From NCBI RefSeq assembly GCF_041886205.1, contig NZ_CP169029.1: 64,000 nt of DNA; one strand, 5' to 3'. Position 1 is the first letter of the stretch. Each line of letters opens with the position of its first letter. The translations under genes were made by a program, and so were the position numbers. This stretch comes from Escherichia coli. GTDB taxonomy: Bacteria > Pseudomonadota > Gammaproteobacteria > Enterobacterales > Enterobacteriaceae. Of the stretch, positions 42,522 to 52,470 are shown piece after piece. The notes below the pieces were generated by a model. It was not told the origin of the DNA, made no database searches, and was given only the letters and a program-made list of their open reading frames with translations.

Positions 42522-43445
42522 ATGAATAATTTACCGCTGCTGAATGATTTGCGCGTCTTTATGCTGGTGGCTCGCCGGGCTGGTTTTGCCGCCGTGGCGG
42601 AAGAACTGGGCGTTTCACCGGCGTTCGTCAGCAAGCGCATCGCCTTGCTGGAGCAAACGCTAAACGTGGTGTTGTTACACCGCACCACCCGCCGCGTCAC
42701 CATTACCGAAGAAGGAGAGCGGATTTATGAATGGGCGCAGCGGATTTTGCAGGATGTCGGTCAGATGATGGACGAACTTTCTGACGTGCGTCAGGTGCCG
42801 CAGGGGATGCTGCGTATTATCAGCAGCTTTGGTTTTGGACGACAGGTGGTGGCTCCGGCGTTATCAGCGCTGGCGAAGGCGTATCCGCAACTGGAATTAC
42901 GTTTTGATGTGGAAGACCGACTGGTCGATTTGGTCAATGAAGGTGTCGATCTCGATATTCGCATTGGCGATGACATCGCCCCTAATTTAATCGCCCGCAA
43001 ACTGGCGACCAATTACCGTATTCTCTGCGCGTCGCCGGAATTTATTGCGCAACATGGCGCGCCGAAACATTTAACCGATCTTTCTGCATTGCCGTGCCTG
43101 GTCATTAAAGAGCGCGATCATCCTTTTGGTGTCTGGCAATTACGCAATAAAGAAGGCCCCCATGCGATTAAAGTCACCGGCCCACTGTCGTCTAATCATG
43201 GAGAAATTGTCCATCAGTGGTGTCTCGATGGGCAGGGGATTGCTCTGCGTTCCTGGTGGGATGTTAGCGAAAACATTGCCAGTGGTCATTTAGTGCAAGT
43301 GCTACCGGAATATTACCAGCCAGCGAACGTCTGGGCCGTTTATGTTTCAAGGCTGGCGACGTCAGCGAAAGTGCGGATAACGGTAGAATTTTTACGCCAG
43401 TATTTTGCCGAGCACTACCCGAATTTTTCACTGGAGCATGCCTGA
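42522..43445 (+). CDS. dmlR: LysR-family regulator DmlR
   Basis: ORF track 42501..43445; start moved to MNNLPLLNDLRVF; LysR HTH; divergent from dmlA. Confidence 0.85.
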   Translation: MNNLPLLNDLRVFMLVARRAGFAAVAEELGVSPAFVSKRIALLEQTLNVVLLHRTTRRVTITEEGERIYEWAQRILQDVGQMMDELSDVRQVPQGMLRIISSFGFGRQVVAPALSALAKAYPQLELRFDVEDRLVDLVNEGVDLDIRIGDDIAPNLIARKLATNYRILCASPEFIAQHGAPKHLTDLSALPCLVIKERDHPFGVWQLRNKEGPHAIKVTGPLSSNHGEIVHQWCLDGQGIALRSWWDVSENIASGHLVQVLPEYYQPANVWAVYVSRLATSAKVRITVEFLRQYFAEHYPNFSLEHA

Positions 43446-43502
43446 TTAATGATTCAATTATCGGGTTGATATCAGGTTAAAACCTGATTTTCTCCTTTCT
43501 AA

Positions 43503-44210
<708 letters not shown>

Positions 44211-44382
44211 TGCTTTCAGCCCGCGTTGTCGCGGGCTTCCCATCTATAATCCTCCCTGATTCTTCTCTGATATGGTGCTAAAAAGTAACCAATAAATGGT
44301 ATTTAAAATGCAAATTATCAGGCGTACCCTGAAACGGCTGGAATAAACCGTTTTCAGCGCATTCACCGAAGGAGGGAAAAGG

Positions 44383-44742
44383 ATGCTGCAAATCCCACAG
44401 AATTATATTCATACGCGCTCAACGCCTTTCTGGAATAAACAAACTGCGACTGCCGGCATATTCGAACGTCATCTTGATAAAGGAACGCGCCCGGGGGTTT
44501 ACCCACGCCTTTCCGTTATGCATGGGGCGGTCAAATATCTCGGCTACGCTGATGAACACAGTGCAGAGCCTGATCAGGTGATCCTTATCGAAGCGGGGCA
44601 GTTTGCGGTGTTCCCTCCAGAAAAGTGGCACAACATTGAAGCCATGACTGACGATACTTATTTCAACATTGACTTCTTCGTGGCTCCTGAAGTCCTGATG
44701 GAAGGTGCGCAACAACGGAAAGTCATTCATAACGGGAAATGA
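44383..44742 (+). CDS. yeaR: DUF1971 protein YeaR
   Basis: ORF track 119 aa; first gene of yeaR-yoaG pair. Confidence 0.85.
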   Translation: MLQIPQNYIHTRSTPFWNKQTATAGIFERHLDKGTRPGVYPRLSVMHGAVKYLGYADEHSAEPDQVILIEAGQFAVFPPEKWHNIEAMTDDTYFNIDFFVAPEVLMEGAQQRKVIHNGK

Positions 44743-44745
44743 ATC

Positions 44746-44928
44746 ATGGGCAAAGCAACGTATACCGTGACCGTCACCAATAACAGTAATGGCGTTTCTG
44801 TCGATTATGAAACAGAGACGCCGATGACTTTGCTGGTGCCAGAAGTGGCGGCTGAAGTGATAAAAGATCTGGTGAATACCGTGCGTTCTTATGACACGGA
44901 AAACGAACATGATGTTTGTGGTTGGTAA
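44746..44928 (+). CDS. yoaG: DUF1869 small protein YoaG
   Basis: ORF track 60 aa; 3 nt after yeaR stop. Confidence 0.75.
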   Translation: MGKATYTVTVTNNSNGVSVDYETETPMTLLVPEVAAEVIKDLVNTVRSYDTENEHDVCGW

Positions 44929-45075
44929 TTATCACTGATCGTTGATGGCGCAATTTCTGCGCCATCGCAAAAAAATCCTCCGTGATGCTCGTCACAAATC
45001 TTGCCCTCCCGATGTTGTGCTATGCTTTTTATCAGCGACTAACCCGCTAATGCAAAACAGATAAGTGAGGAAACA

Positions 45076-45324
45076 ATGGGCATTCTGTCATGGATTATTT
45101 TTGGGCTTATTGCCGGTATTCTGGCGAAGTGGATCATGCCAGGTAAAGATGGTGGTGGATTCTTTATGACTATCCTGCTGGGGATAGTCGGTGCTGTAGT
45201 CGGCGGATGGATCAGCACGCTGTTTGGCTTTGGTAAAGTCGATGGCTTCAATTTTGGCAGCTTCGTGGTTGCCGTTATTGGTGCGATTGTCGTGCTATTT
45301 ATCTACAGGAAGATTAAAAGTTAA
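45076..45324 (+). CDS. yeaQ: GlsB/YeaQ/YmgE-family small membrane protein
   Basis: ORF track 82 aa; two TM, Gly-rich. Confidence 0.85.
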   Translation: MGILSWIIFGLIAGILAKWIMPGKDGGGFFMTILLGIVGAVVGGWISTLFGFGKVDGFNFGSFVVAVIGAIVVLFIYRKIKS

Positions 45325-45339
45325 CGCGTAAATTGCACA

Positions 45340-45370
45340 AAGGCTGCACACAGGCAGCCTTTGCTATTTT
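45340..45370 (+). terminator. intrinsic terminator after yeaQ
   Basis: caaaggctgc-acacag-gcagcctttg hairpin followed by ctatttttt. Confidence 0.5.
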
Positions 45371-45382
45371 TTAGAGGTGACG

Positions 45383-45457
45383 TTACCACCATCCCAGCTC
45401 AGTGCCGAGTACGACAATAATCGCCACACCCATCATAATAATCGTTGTTTTTTTCAT
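45383..45457 (-). CDS. yoaJ: small membrane protein YoaJ (24 aa)
   Basis: Hand-translated MKKTTIIMMGVAIIVVLGTELGWW; below ORF-track cutoff; coordinates approximate. Confidence 0.55.
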   Translation of the reverse strand: MKKTTIIMMGVAIIVVLGTELGWW

Positions 45458-45459
45458 CT

Positions 45460-45558
45460 TTATGCTCCCGGGGCAGCATAGCCGCCAATAAAAAACCATG
45501 CTAAAAATACGACCGCTGTAATGAAGATTACAACCGGAAAAATAATACCGATTCGCAT
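45460..45558 (-). CDS. yoaK: small membrane protein YoaK (32 aa)
   Basis: Hand-translated MRIGIIFPVVIFITAVVFLAWFFIGGYAAPGA; adjacent to yoaJ; coordinates approximate. Confidence 0.55.
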   Translation of the reverse strand: MRIGIIFPVVIFITAVVFLAWFFIGGYAAPGA

Positions 45559-45590
45559 GTTATCACCAATCAAAAGGATGTGAATACGCC

Positions 45591-46616
45591 TCAGGAATGT
45601 AGCGCTGGATGCGCGACAAAAGGTGTTTTCTGTTTGTGTTTTTTCTCCTGATACATCGCAATATCGACAGCATGCAGGGCACTGTCTGCATCGGTTGTTT
45701 CAGGATCGACTTCTACTATGCCAAGACTGGCACCGGGATAATACAAATCAACATCACCTAAGTGATATTCTCCACGTATTTGCTGTTGAATACGTTCTCG
45801 CAGCGACGAAATATCCGCATTCTCGTTGTTTAGTGAAACAACCAAAAACTCATCACCACCGAGACGACCAATAACTTCGCCATTTTGCTGGAGCGTATTA
45901 AGGCGCTCGCCAACCTGAATGAGAAACAGATCGCCACTATTATGACCAAAACGATCATTGATTAATTTGAAGTTATCCAGATCGATAAACGCGATCATTA
46001 TCTTATGGTTAAGATGCCGGGCGAGGGAAAACAGCGTCGTCAGATTTTCAAAAATCGCCCGCCGATTCGGTAGCCCGGTTAACGAGTCGGTATACGATTG
46101 CGCAATCAGCGCAGCATTGGCTTCGCGCAGCTGTTCAACCAGTGCCTCTTTTTGAATATATTGTGCAATCAGTCCGGCGAATAACTGTAAAACCTGTTCC
46201 GCGCGTTCACTCCACTGGCGCTTCTCACTGCTGGCGGCGCAAAGCGTGCCATAGAATGATCCATCCGGTAAGTGAATTGGCGTGCTCAGAAATGTGGTGA
46301 TGCCAAGATTGCGTGCCGCAATACAGTCGCCCCAACGGTCAGGGACTTCATCGCTGAAAAAGCAGTTTTCATCAATGGCGCGTTTGCATAACGAGTAATC
46401 CCACGAGACGGTAAAATTCTCCGGGATGTGCATTTTCTGGCTGTTACGGGCAAACATAATATGCTGCAGGCGCGCTTCGACATCCACTTTGGTCAGGTAG
46501 GTTGATTCCATATCAGTGACCATTTCCAGCATCTCCAGAAGCTGTCGGACCAGACTTTCCAGTGACTGTTCTTTGGCAAGGGATTGCGAGACGCGGGCGA
46601 TAATCTGATCTGACAC
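45591..46616 (-). CDS. dgcP: diguanylate cyclase DgcP (YeaP), GAF-GGDEF
   Basis: ORF track 45591..46745; GTG start at (M)SDQIIARV giving 341 aa; GGDEF motif RLGGDEFLVV. Confidence 0.85.
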   Translation of the reverse strand: MSDQIIARVSQSLAKEQSLESLVRQLLEMLEMVTDMESTYLTKVDVEARLQHIMFARNSQKMHIPENFTVSWDYSLCKRAIDENCFFSDEVPDRWGDCIAARNLGITTFLSTPIHLPDGSFYGTLCAASSEKRQWSERAEQVLQLFAGLIAQYIQKEALVEQLREANAALIAQSYTDSLTGLPNRRAIFENLTTLFSLARHLNHKIMIAFIDLDNFKLINDRFGHNSGDLFLIQVGERLNTLQQNGEVIGRLGGDEFLVVSLNNENADISSLRERIQQQIRGEYHLGDVDLYYPGASLGIVEVDPETTDADSALHAVDIAMYQEKKHKQKTPFVAHPALHS

Positions 46617-46798
46617 GGAACAACTCCAGGATACGGCGGGTAAGTGCTGATTATTTAATCTTTGCAGGCATGATAAAACATCATCAACAAAGATGAAACA
46701 AGACGTAATATGTTTTGAGTGAATGTAATAAAAATAGTGCTGCAAAACAAAACGATACCGCGATACTCTAAGCTTGGATAAATATGTGAGATCAATAA

Positions 46799-47053
46799 AT
46801 GAAAATTATCAGTTTTGTTCTGCCTTGCTTGCTGGTCCTGGCTGGTTGTTCAACCCCTTCTCAGCCAGAAGCACCTAAACCGCCGCAGATTGGTATGGCA
46901 AATCCGGCGTCGGTCTATTGCCAGCAGAAGGGCGGGACGCTCATTCCAGTGTCGACAGCGCAAGGGGTCAGCAACAATTGCAAATTACCGGGCGGTGAAA
47001 CGATTGATGAATGGGCATTGTGGCGACGGGACCATCCGGCTGGTGAAAAATAA
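46799..47053 (+). CDS. yoaF: DUF333 lipoprotein YoaF
   Basis: ORF track 84 aa; lipobox LAGC. Confidence 0.8.
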   Translation: MKIISFVLPCLLVLAGCSTPSQPEAPKPPQIGMANPASVYCQQKGGTLIPVSTAQGVSNNCKLPGGETIDEWALWRRDHPAGEK

Positions 47054-47074
47054 CCGCCGGATGCTGTACTAAAA

Positions 47075-47422
47075 TCACAAGCTACGTAGCCAGTCGGCCA
47101 GCACCAGCGCATGGTTCTGCGTGGTGTTTTTTGCTGCGTAGAGCAGGGTCAGCGGCTGTTTTTTGGCGATGTCCGCCAGCCGCTTTCCTTCTTGCTCGTG
47201 TTGCGCCAGTTCTGCAAGATATTGCTCGCGAAAGGTTGCAAAATCGACGACTTCGCCGTGAAAGGCTTTGCGCAGTTCCGTTGACGGCGTGATTTCTTTA
47301 TCCCACTCATCAAGGGCTAAATCGGTTTTTTTGATACCGCGCGGCCAGAGGCGGTCGACCAGTACGCGATAACCATCGCTCTGTTCAGCCGGATCATAAA
47401 CGCGTTTGCACTGAATATTCAT
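47075..47422 (-). CDS. yeaO: DUF488 protein YeaO
   Basis: ORF track 47075..47443; start moved to MNIQCKRVYDPA giving 115 aa. Confidence 0.8.
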   Translation of the reverse strand: MNIQCKRVYDPAEQSDGYRVLVDRLWPRGIKKTDLALDEWDKEITPSTELRKAFHGEVVDFATFREQYLAELAQHEQEGKRLADIAKKQPLTLLYAAKNTTQNHALVLADWLRSL

Positions 47423-47476
47423 CGTGTTTGTTCTCCCTTTCACGCATGATTTGTCACGTCACTATAGCACCGGATA

Positions 47477-48658
47477 TTAGCGAATTTCTTTGTCTCTCCC
47501 GGCGCAAAGTCCGAAAATCGCCATCAGTAGTGAAAGTATTGCAACACCCATCAGTGGTACGGACCAGTTACCGTTAGCATCGTGTATTTTACCCATTAGC
47601 GGCGGCCCACAGGCTGCCAGCAAATACCCGACGGATTGTGCCATCCCCGAGAGTGCCGCCGCCTGATGCGCAGAACTTGCCCGAAGACCAATGAACGTCA
47701 ACCCCAGTATCATTGTTGCGCCGGAACCAAAACCGAAAAGCAGAGTCCAGGTGATCGCGTGCGCTGGCATAAAGCAGAGCCCAACAGCGCCCACTGCGCA
47801 CATCAAGGCAACGAACGCTGCAATACCACGCTGATCTTTCACATGATGTAAGAAAAGTGGGATCAGCAAACCGGGTGCTGCTGTGGCTAGTTGCAGCAAA
47901 CCATGCAGTGAACCCGCCTGTGCTTCGCTATAGCCGTGACTGATGAGGATCGCCGGAAGCCAGCCAATAATCACGTAATAGACCAGTGAGTTGATCCCAA
48001 GAAACAATGTGACCTGCCAGGCAAGCGGCGAACGCCAGATACCCCGAGTATGTAAGGCGCGCGAGGTACTCAAATTTGCATGTTGTTGACTTCGCCACTG
48101 TGGCAGCCATAAAAAAAGAGCCAGCAGAGGAAAACACATCAGCATGAGCAACGCGCCTTGCCAGCCAAAACCGTTCAAAGCCAGCGGCACGACCATAGCC
48201 GATCCCAGTGCCGCTGCAGCTCCCATTGTCAGGGAATATGCGCCGGTAAGTCTGGCGACGGAATGAGGGAAATCGCGTTTAATTAATCCTGGCAGTAAGA
48301 CATTGCCTAATGCAATCCCACCGCCAATGACCGCTGTACCGCCAAATAATAAGTAAGGCGAAGGGAGAGAGCGAATTGCGATACCTGCACAGATCAAAAG
48401 TAACGCGGCAAACAGGCTACGTTCCATACCAAAACGTCGCGCCACCGGGGCAGCCAAAGGTGAGATTAGCGCAAAGGCCAATAATGGCAGGGTGGTCAAT
48501 AAGCCGGTTTGCGCTGTCGTCAGCGAGTAAGCGGAACGAATCGTATCCAGTAACGGCGCTGCGCCGGTAAAGGTGACGCGTAATGTTGTGGCAATCATCA
48601 GAATGCCAGCGATAAGGACAATCCTGTTTTTGCCGCTTAATGAAGTTGAACAGGTCAT
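47477..48658 (-). CDS. yeaN: MFS transporter YeaN (cyanate-transporter-like)
   Basis: ORF track 393 aa; 12-TM MFS profile. Confidence 0.85.
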   Translation of the reverse strand: MTCSTSLSGKNRIVLIAGILMIATTLRVTFTGAAPLLDTIRSAYSLTTAQTGLLTTLPLLAFALISPLAAPVARRFGMERSLFAALLLICAGIAIRSLPSPYLLFGGTAVIGGGIALGNVLLPGLIKRDFPHSVARLTGAYSLTMGAAAALGSAMVVPLALNGFGWQGALLMLMCFPLLALFLWLPQWRSQQHANLSTSRALHTRGIWRSPLAWQVTLFLGINSLVYYVIIGWLPAILISHGYSEAQAGSLHGLLQLATAAPGLLIPLFLHHVKDQRGIAAFVALMCAVGAVGLCFMPAHAITWTLLFGFGSGATMILGLTFIGLRASSAHQAAALSGMAQSVGYLLAACGPPLMGKIHDANGNWSVPLMGVAILSLLMAIFGLCAGRDKEIR

Positions 48659-48754
48659 ATGCTTCTCATTGTTACAAACGAGGCTGTACCTTACCGTTTT
48701 TATAGTTATGTTGAATCAAGCTAAAATGACAAATTATCGCTAAATTCGGACAAA

Positions 48755-49576
48755 ATGATGCACAGGTTGAATCTCAATGGCTATGAACCCGACCGACACC
48801 ATGAAGCCGCGGTCGCATTTTGTATTCACGCCGGAACGGATGAGTTAACCAGTCCTGTAGATCAGCACCGCAAAGGACAGCTGATACTGGCATTACATGG
48901 TGCAATTACCTGTACGGTGGAAAATGCTTTGTGGATGGTGCCGCCACAATATGCGGTTTGGATACCGGGCGGGGTGGAACATAGCAATCAAGTGACAGCT
49001 AACGCTGAACTCTGTTTTCTGTTTATCGAACCCAGCGCAGTGACAATGCCGACAACCTGTTGCACATTGAAAATATCGCCCTTATGCCGGGAATTAATTT
49101 TAACTCTGGCAAACAGGACGACGACTCAGCGTGCTGAGCCGATGACCCGCAGATTAATTCATGTCCTGTTTGATGAACTCCCTCAGCAGCCACAACAACA
49201 GCTGCACCTACCCGTTTCTTCTCATCCTAAAATCCGCGCGATGGTGGAGATGATGGCGAAAGAGCCCGTCGAGTGGGGGTCATTGGGGCAATGGGCTGGC
49301 TTTTTTGCGATGAGTGAACGCAATCTTGCCCGACTGATAGTAAAAGAGACGGGGTTGAGTTTTCGCCAGTGGCGACAGCAGTTACAGCTGATTATGGCGC
49401 TTCAGGGATTAGTGAAAGGCGATACTGTACAGAAAGTTGCTCATACGCTGGGGTATGATTCAACAACGGCCTTTATTACTATGTTTAAGAAAGGCCTGGG
49501 GCAAACGCCAGGCCGATATATTGCGGGATTAACTACTGTTTCCCCACAATCAGCGAAACCAGACCCGCGGCAATAA
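48755..49576 (+). CDS. yeaM: AraC-family transcriptional regulator YeaM
   Basis: ORF track 273 aa; cupin-like N-domain and C-terminal AraC HTH. Confidence 0.85.
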
Positions 49577-49979
49577 GCGGGCCAACCGGTACGCCGCGAA
49601 ACAGCGCTACGCCTAAAACAGTGCCCACCAGCAGCCCAGCAACCAGTTGCGGCTGGCTGCCCATTAACGTCACGCCGCGCCCACCCAGCCAGGAGACAAT
49701 AACGCCTACTGCAATTGCCACCAGCGATTTCCAGTTCAGAAACGAGTGAATCAAGGTTGAGGGCGGTAGCGTCCCGCTGGCGATGGGGGCCATAACGCCA
49801 ATCGTCAGAATGATTATCCCGATACTTAGCCCCTGTTTTTCAATCCACGGGAAAAAGGTGCTTAACGGTGTGACGCGGACAATGATCAACACCAGAATTG
49901 AAACGGCGACAGTGGTGTTATGACTGATAAAGCCCAGCGCAGCTAACCCGAGCAGGATCAGCAAAGTGACATCAAACAT
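49533..49979 (-). CDS. yeaL: UPF0756 membrane protein YeaL
   Basis: ORF track 148 aa; hydrophobic; 3' end overlaps yeaM 3' end by about 44 nt (convergent). Confidence 0.8.
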
Positions 49980-50148
49980 CGTGGTTTCCTTGCCAAAAAA
50001 TAATAAGCCTGCTTACTTTACGCTTGCTGCAGGAAGGAAGTAGAAAATCTTTACGTTTTTTGCATAAAAAATCAGGCGAACTGTCATCAAACTGCCATTT
50101 GTGCACGCTAACAATAACGTGAAAACAGCTATCTCCCGGGGGCATGCT

Positions 50149-50253
50149 ATGAACGATCAAATGTTCGTCGAGACACTGATTATCACGTCATCGTTTTTTG
50201 CCATTGCTGTTGTGCTGGTTTTGTCCGTTCTGCTTATTGAACGGACAGGCTAG
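50149..50253 (+). CDS. yoaI: small membrane protein YoaI (34 aa)
   Basis: Hand-translated [34 protein letters not shown]; below ORF-track cutoff; coordinates approximate. Confidence 0.55.
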   Translation: MNDQMFVETLIITSSFFAIAVVLVLSVLLIERTG

Positions 50254-50757
50254 TTACGCAGTGCGGCGGAAATTGACCAGTTCTGGTTGCGCAATGCGCA
50301 AATAATCCGCGGTTTTCAAAATAACGGATTTATCCAGCATACCTGCATTGAAGGCGATTTCATCAAATCGTTCGAAGAGTAGAGGGTCGGCAACCAGTTT
50401 GAGTTTTGGATGGAAGCTGAAAGGGGGGATCGCGCCGAAGACACAGCCTGTGAGTTCATCGACTTCCGCCGGGCTGGCCAACGAAGCGCGTAATCCGCCT
50501 ATATGGCTGGCGAGTTGGCTCAGATCGGCCTGTTGATCGGCTGCGAGGATCGCCAGAACATGTTGATTTACGCCATTGCCTTTGACTTTACATACCAGTG
50601 CCTTAGCTCCCTGGCCTAAAGCGGTGCCACGAATTTCTGACACCGCTTCACATTTACCTACCGCTTCATGGGTAACGACGCGGAAGTTAGCACCTTCTTG
50701 TGATAATAAAGCGATTAACCGCTGATGCGTCACGCTTCCTTTAGCCATTTCAGTCAT
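50254..50757 (-). CDS. yeaK: YbaK/ProX-family aminoacyl-tRNA deacylase YeaK
   Basis: ORF track 167 aa. Confidence 0.85.
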   Translation of the reverse strand: MTEMAKGSVTHQRLIALLSQEGANFRVVTHEAVGKCEAVSEIRGTALGQGAKALVCKVKGNGVNQHVLAILAADQQADLSQLASHIGGLRASLASPAEVDELTGCVFGAIPPFSFHPKLKLVADPLLFERFDEIAFNAGMLDKSVILKTADYLRIAQPELVNFRRTA

Positions 50758-50799
50758 TTCACGCTCCTGAGATTACAAGCAAACAACCACAGAAGGTTA

Positions 50800-52290
50800 T
50801 CATGAACGGCTGTTTTTGTTCTGCTTATTGACATATAAACGCTCATCGGAAGCTTTATACGCATCATGTAACGTATCGTTTTCTTTCATCGCGTAAATAC
50901 CGGAAGAGAAGCCAATCTCTTTCTGCGGCGCGATATGTTGCAGACGTTTTTCGATACGTTCAGGCAGTTGTGCTGCAATTTGCGGCGTCGAATCGACAAG
51001 AATGATGCAGAATTCATCGCCACCGAGTCGGATGGCATAATCACTTTTACGAATCGATTGTTTAATCGCCTGAGCTAATAACGTAATCGCTAAATCCCCC
51101 TCCTGATGACCGAGGGTGTCATTTATTTGCTTTAACTTGTCCATGTCAATTGCAATAAACATCACCGAAGAACCGGCTTGCACCAGTTTCTGCAACCGCT
51201 GCTCCAGTTCAGGGGTTAAAATTTTGCGATTATACAGTCCAGTCATCGCATCACTAATATTTTCTCGCGACACATTTTGGTATAAACGGAAGTGCATCCG
51301 CACCATATTCAGCAAAATTAACGCCGTCAAAATCCAGAACAGAACGCTTTTCCACGAAGACGTGATAAAGTAAAGAATATCAATGGATAACGAGACACGA
51401 ATGCCGCCCGGTAAGTCATGGACGTAACTGACATACTGGAACAGATTATCTTCGCTCTGGTTGATGATAATGTCGCGCCCCGAATCGGTATCGGTTAGCG
51501 TGACATTGAGAAAACGCCAGAGGAGAGGGCGGTCATGAGTGTAAAAGATATTCCGCAAATTGTTTTTGTTAATATCCAGCAGCACAATCCCTTTTAGCTG
51601 CCCTGCGACATATACCGGCGTCAGCAAACTCATCACGTTCTGTTTAGTACGCTGATCCTGGTAAATGCTCGACAATACGGTACGCCCGGTAAATACCTTT
51701 TCAATATCTTTGCGATCGATGCCAATACTTCCTGACTGCAGGAAGGACCAGTTATTCATCGCAAAGTATTCAACATTAACCGGCTCATAAAAATAGACAT
51801 AGCGGTCATTGAGATCGAGATAATAGTGAAATTTCTCTTCGGCCATCCCAAGACCTGAACCGTAATCATCCTGGTGGCGGTTGCCTTCCACTGCCTGATC
51901 AAAAGCGGGTAATAGTGCTGCAGCTTCCACAATTGTGTCGCAGTCAGTGGATGCGGTTTGTAGTGTGCCGCGTAAGCCCGGGTATTTATGGGCAGTCAGG
52001 TTTAAGCCATGGGTATTATTGGCAGACTCAAAAGCCTCGCAGATGGCGCGCCGCTGTTCTGGCGACACTTCCGACTGCTCAGCAGCGAGAGCGCGCATCA
52101 CATGCGCGGCAATACTCTGATTCTGATACTTATCATAAAGAAAGGAGGAGTCTGCTTTCTGCACGATATAGCGCAGATAGGCACTCATTGCTCTGTCGCT
52201 GGCGACAAGTTCAAAAATAAGGAAGGAAGATGTCAGCACAATGACACTTGCGGCGATAAAATGCCGGAGCATTCTATGGTGCAATTTCAT
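50800..52290 (-). CDS. dgcJ: diguanylate cyclase DgcJ (YeaJ), membrane sensor-GGDEF
   Basis: ORF track 50800..52470; start moved to MKLHHRMLRHF giving 496 aa; GGDEF motif RLGGDEFCII. Confidence 0.85.
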   Translation of the reverse strand: MKLHHRMLRHFIAASVIVLTSSFLIFELVASDRAMSAYLRYIVQKADSSFLYDKYQNQSIAAHVMRALAAEQSEVSPEQRRAICEAFESANNTHGLNLTAHKYPGLRGTLQTASTDCDTIVEAAALLPAFDQAVEGNRHQDDYGSGLGMAEEKFHYYLDLNDRYVYFYEPVNVEYFAMNNWSFLQSGSIGIDRKDIEKVFTGRTVLSSIYQDQRTKQNVMSLLTPVYVAGQLKGIVLLDINKNNLRNIFYTHDRPLLWRFLNVTLTDTDSGRDIIINQSEDNLFQYVSYVHDLPGGIRVSLSIDILYFITSSWKSVLFWILTALILLNMVRMHFRLYQNVSRENISDAMTGLYNRKILTPELEQRLQKLVQAGSSVMFIAIDMDKLKQINDTLGHQEGDLAITLLAQAIKQSIRKSDYAIRLGGDEFCIILVDSTPQIAAQLPERIEKRLQHIAPQKEIGFSSGIYAMKENDTLHDAYKASDERLYVNKQNKNSRS

Positions 52291-52470
52291 GATAAATGGC
52301 ACTCCTTCGGTTAGTGAAACGAGAAAACCAGATAAAGTTCGATTGCGGCCTGGCACAGGGGCGCTAATTATACTCATCTCTGCGCCGCTGGGGAGGGGAA
52401 ATTTAGGGGTAATAGTAATAAATTGTATGCAAAAGCCACGCAAAAAGCATGGCTCTGAATATTTTTGCAC

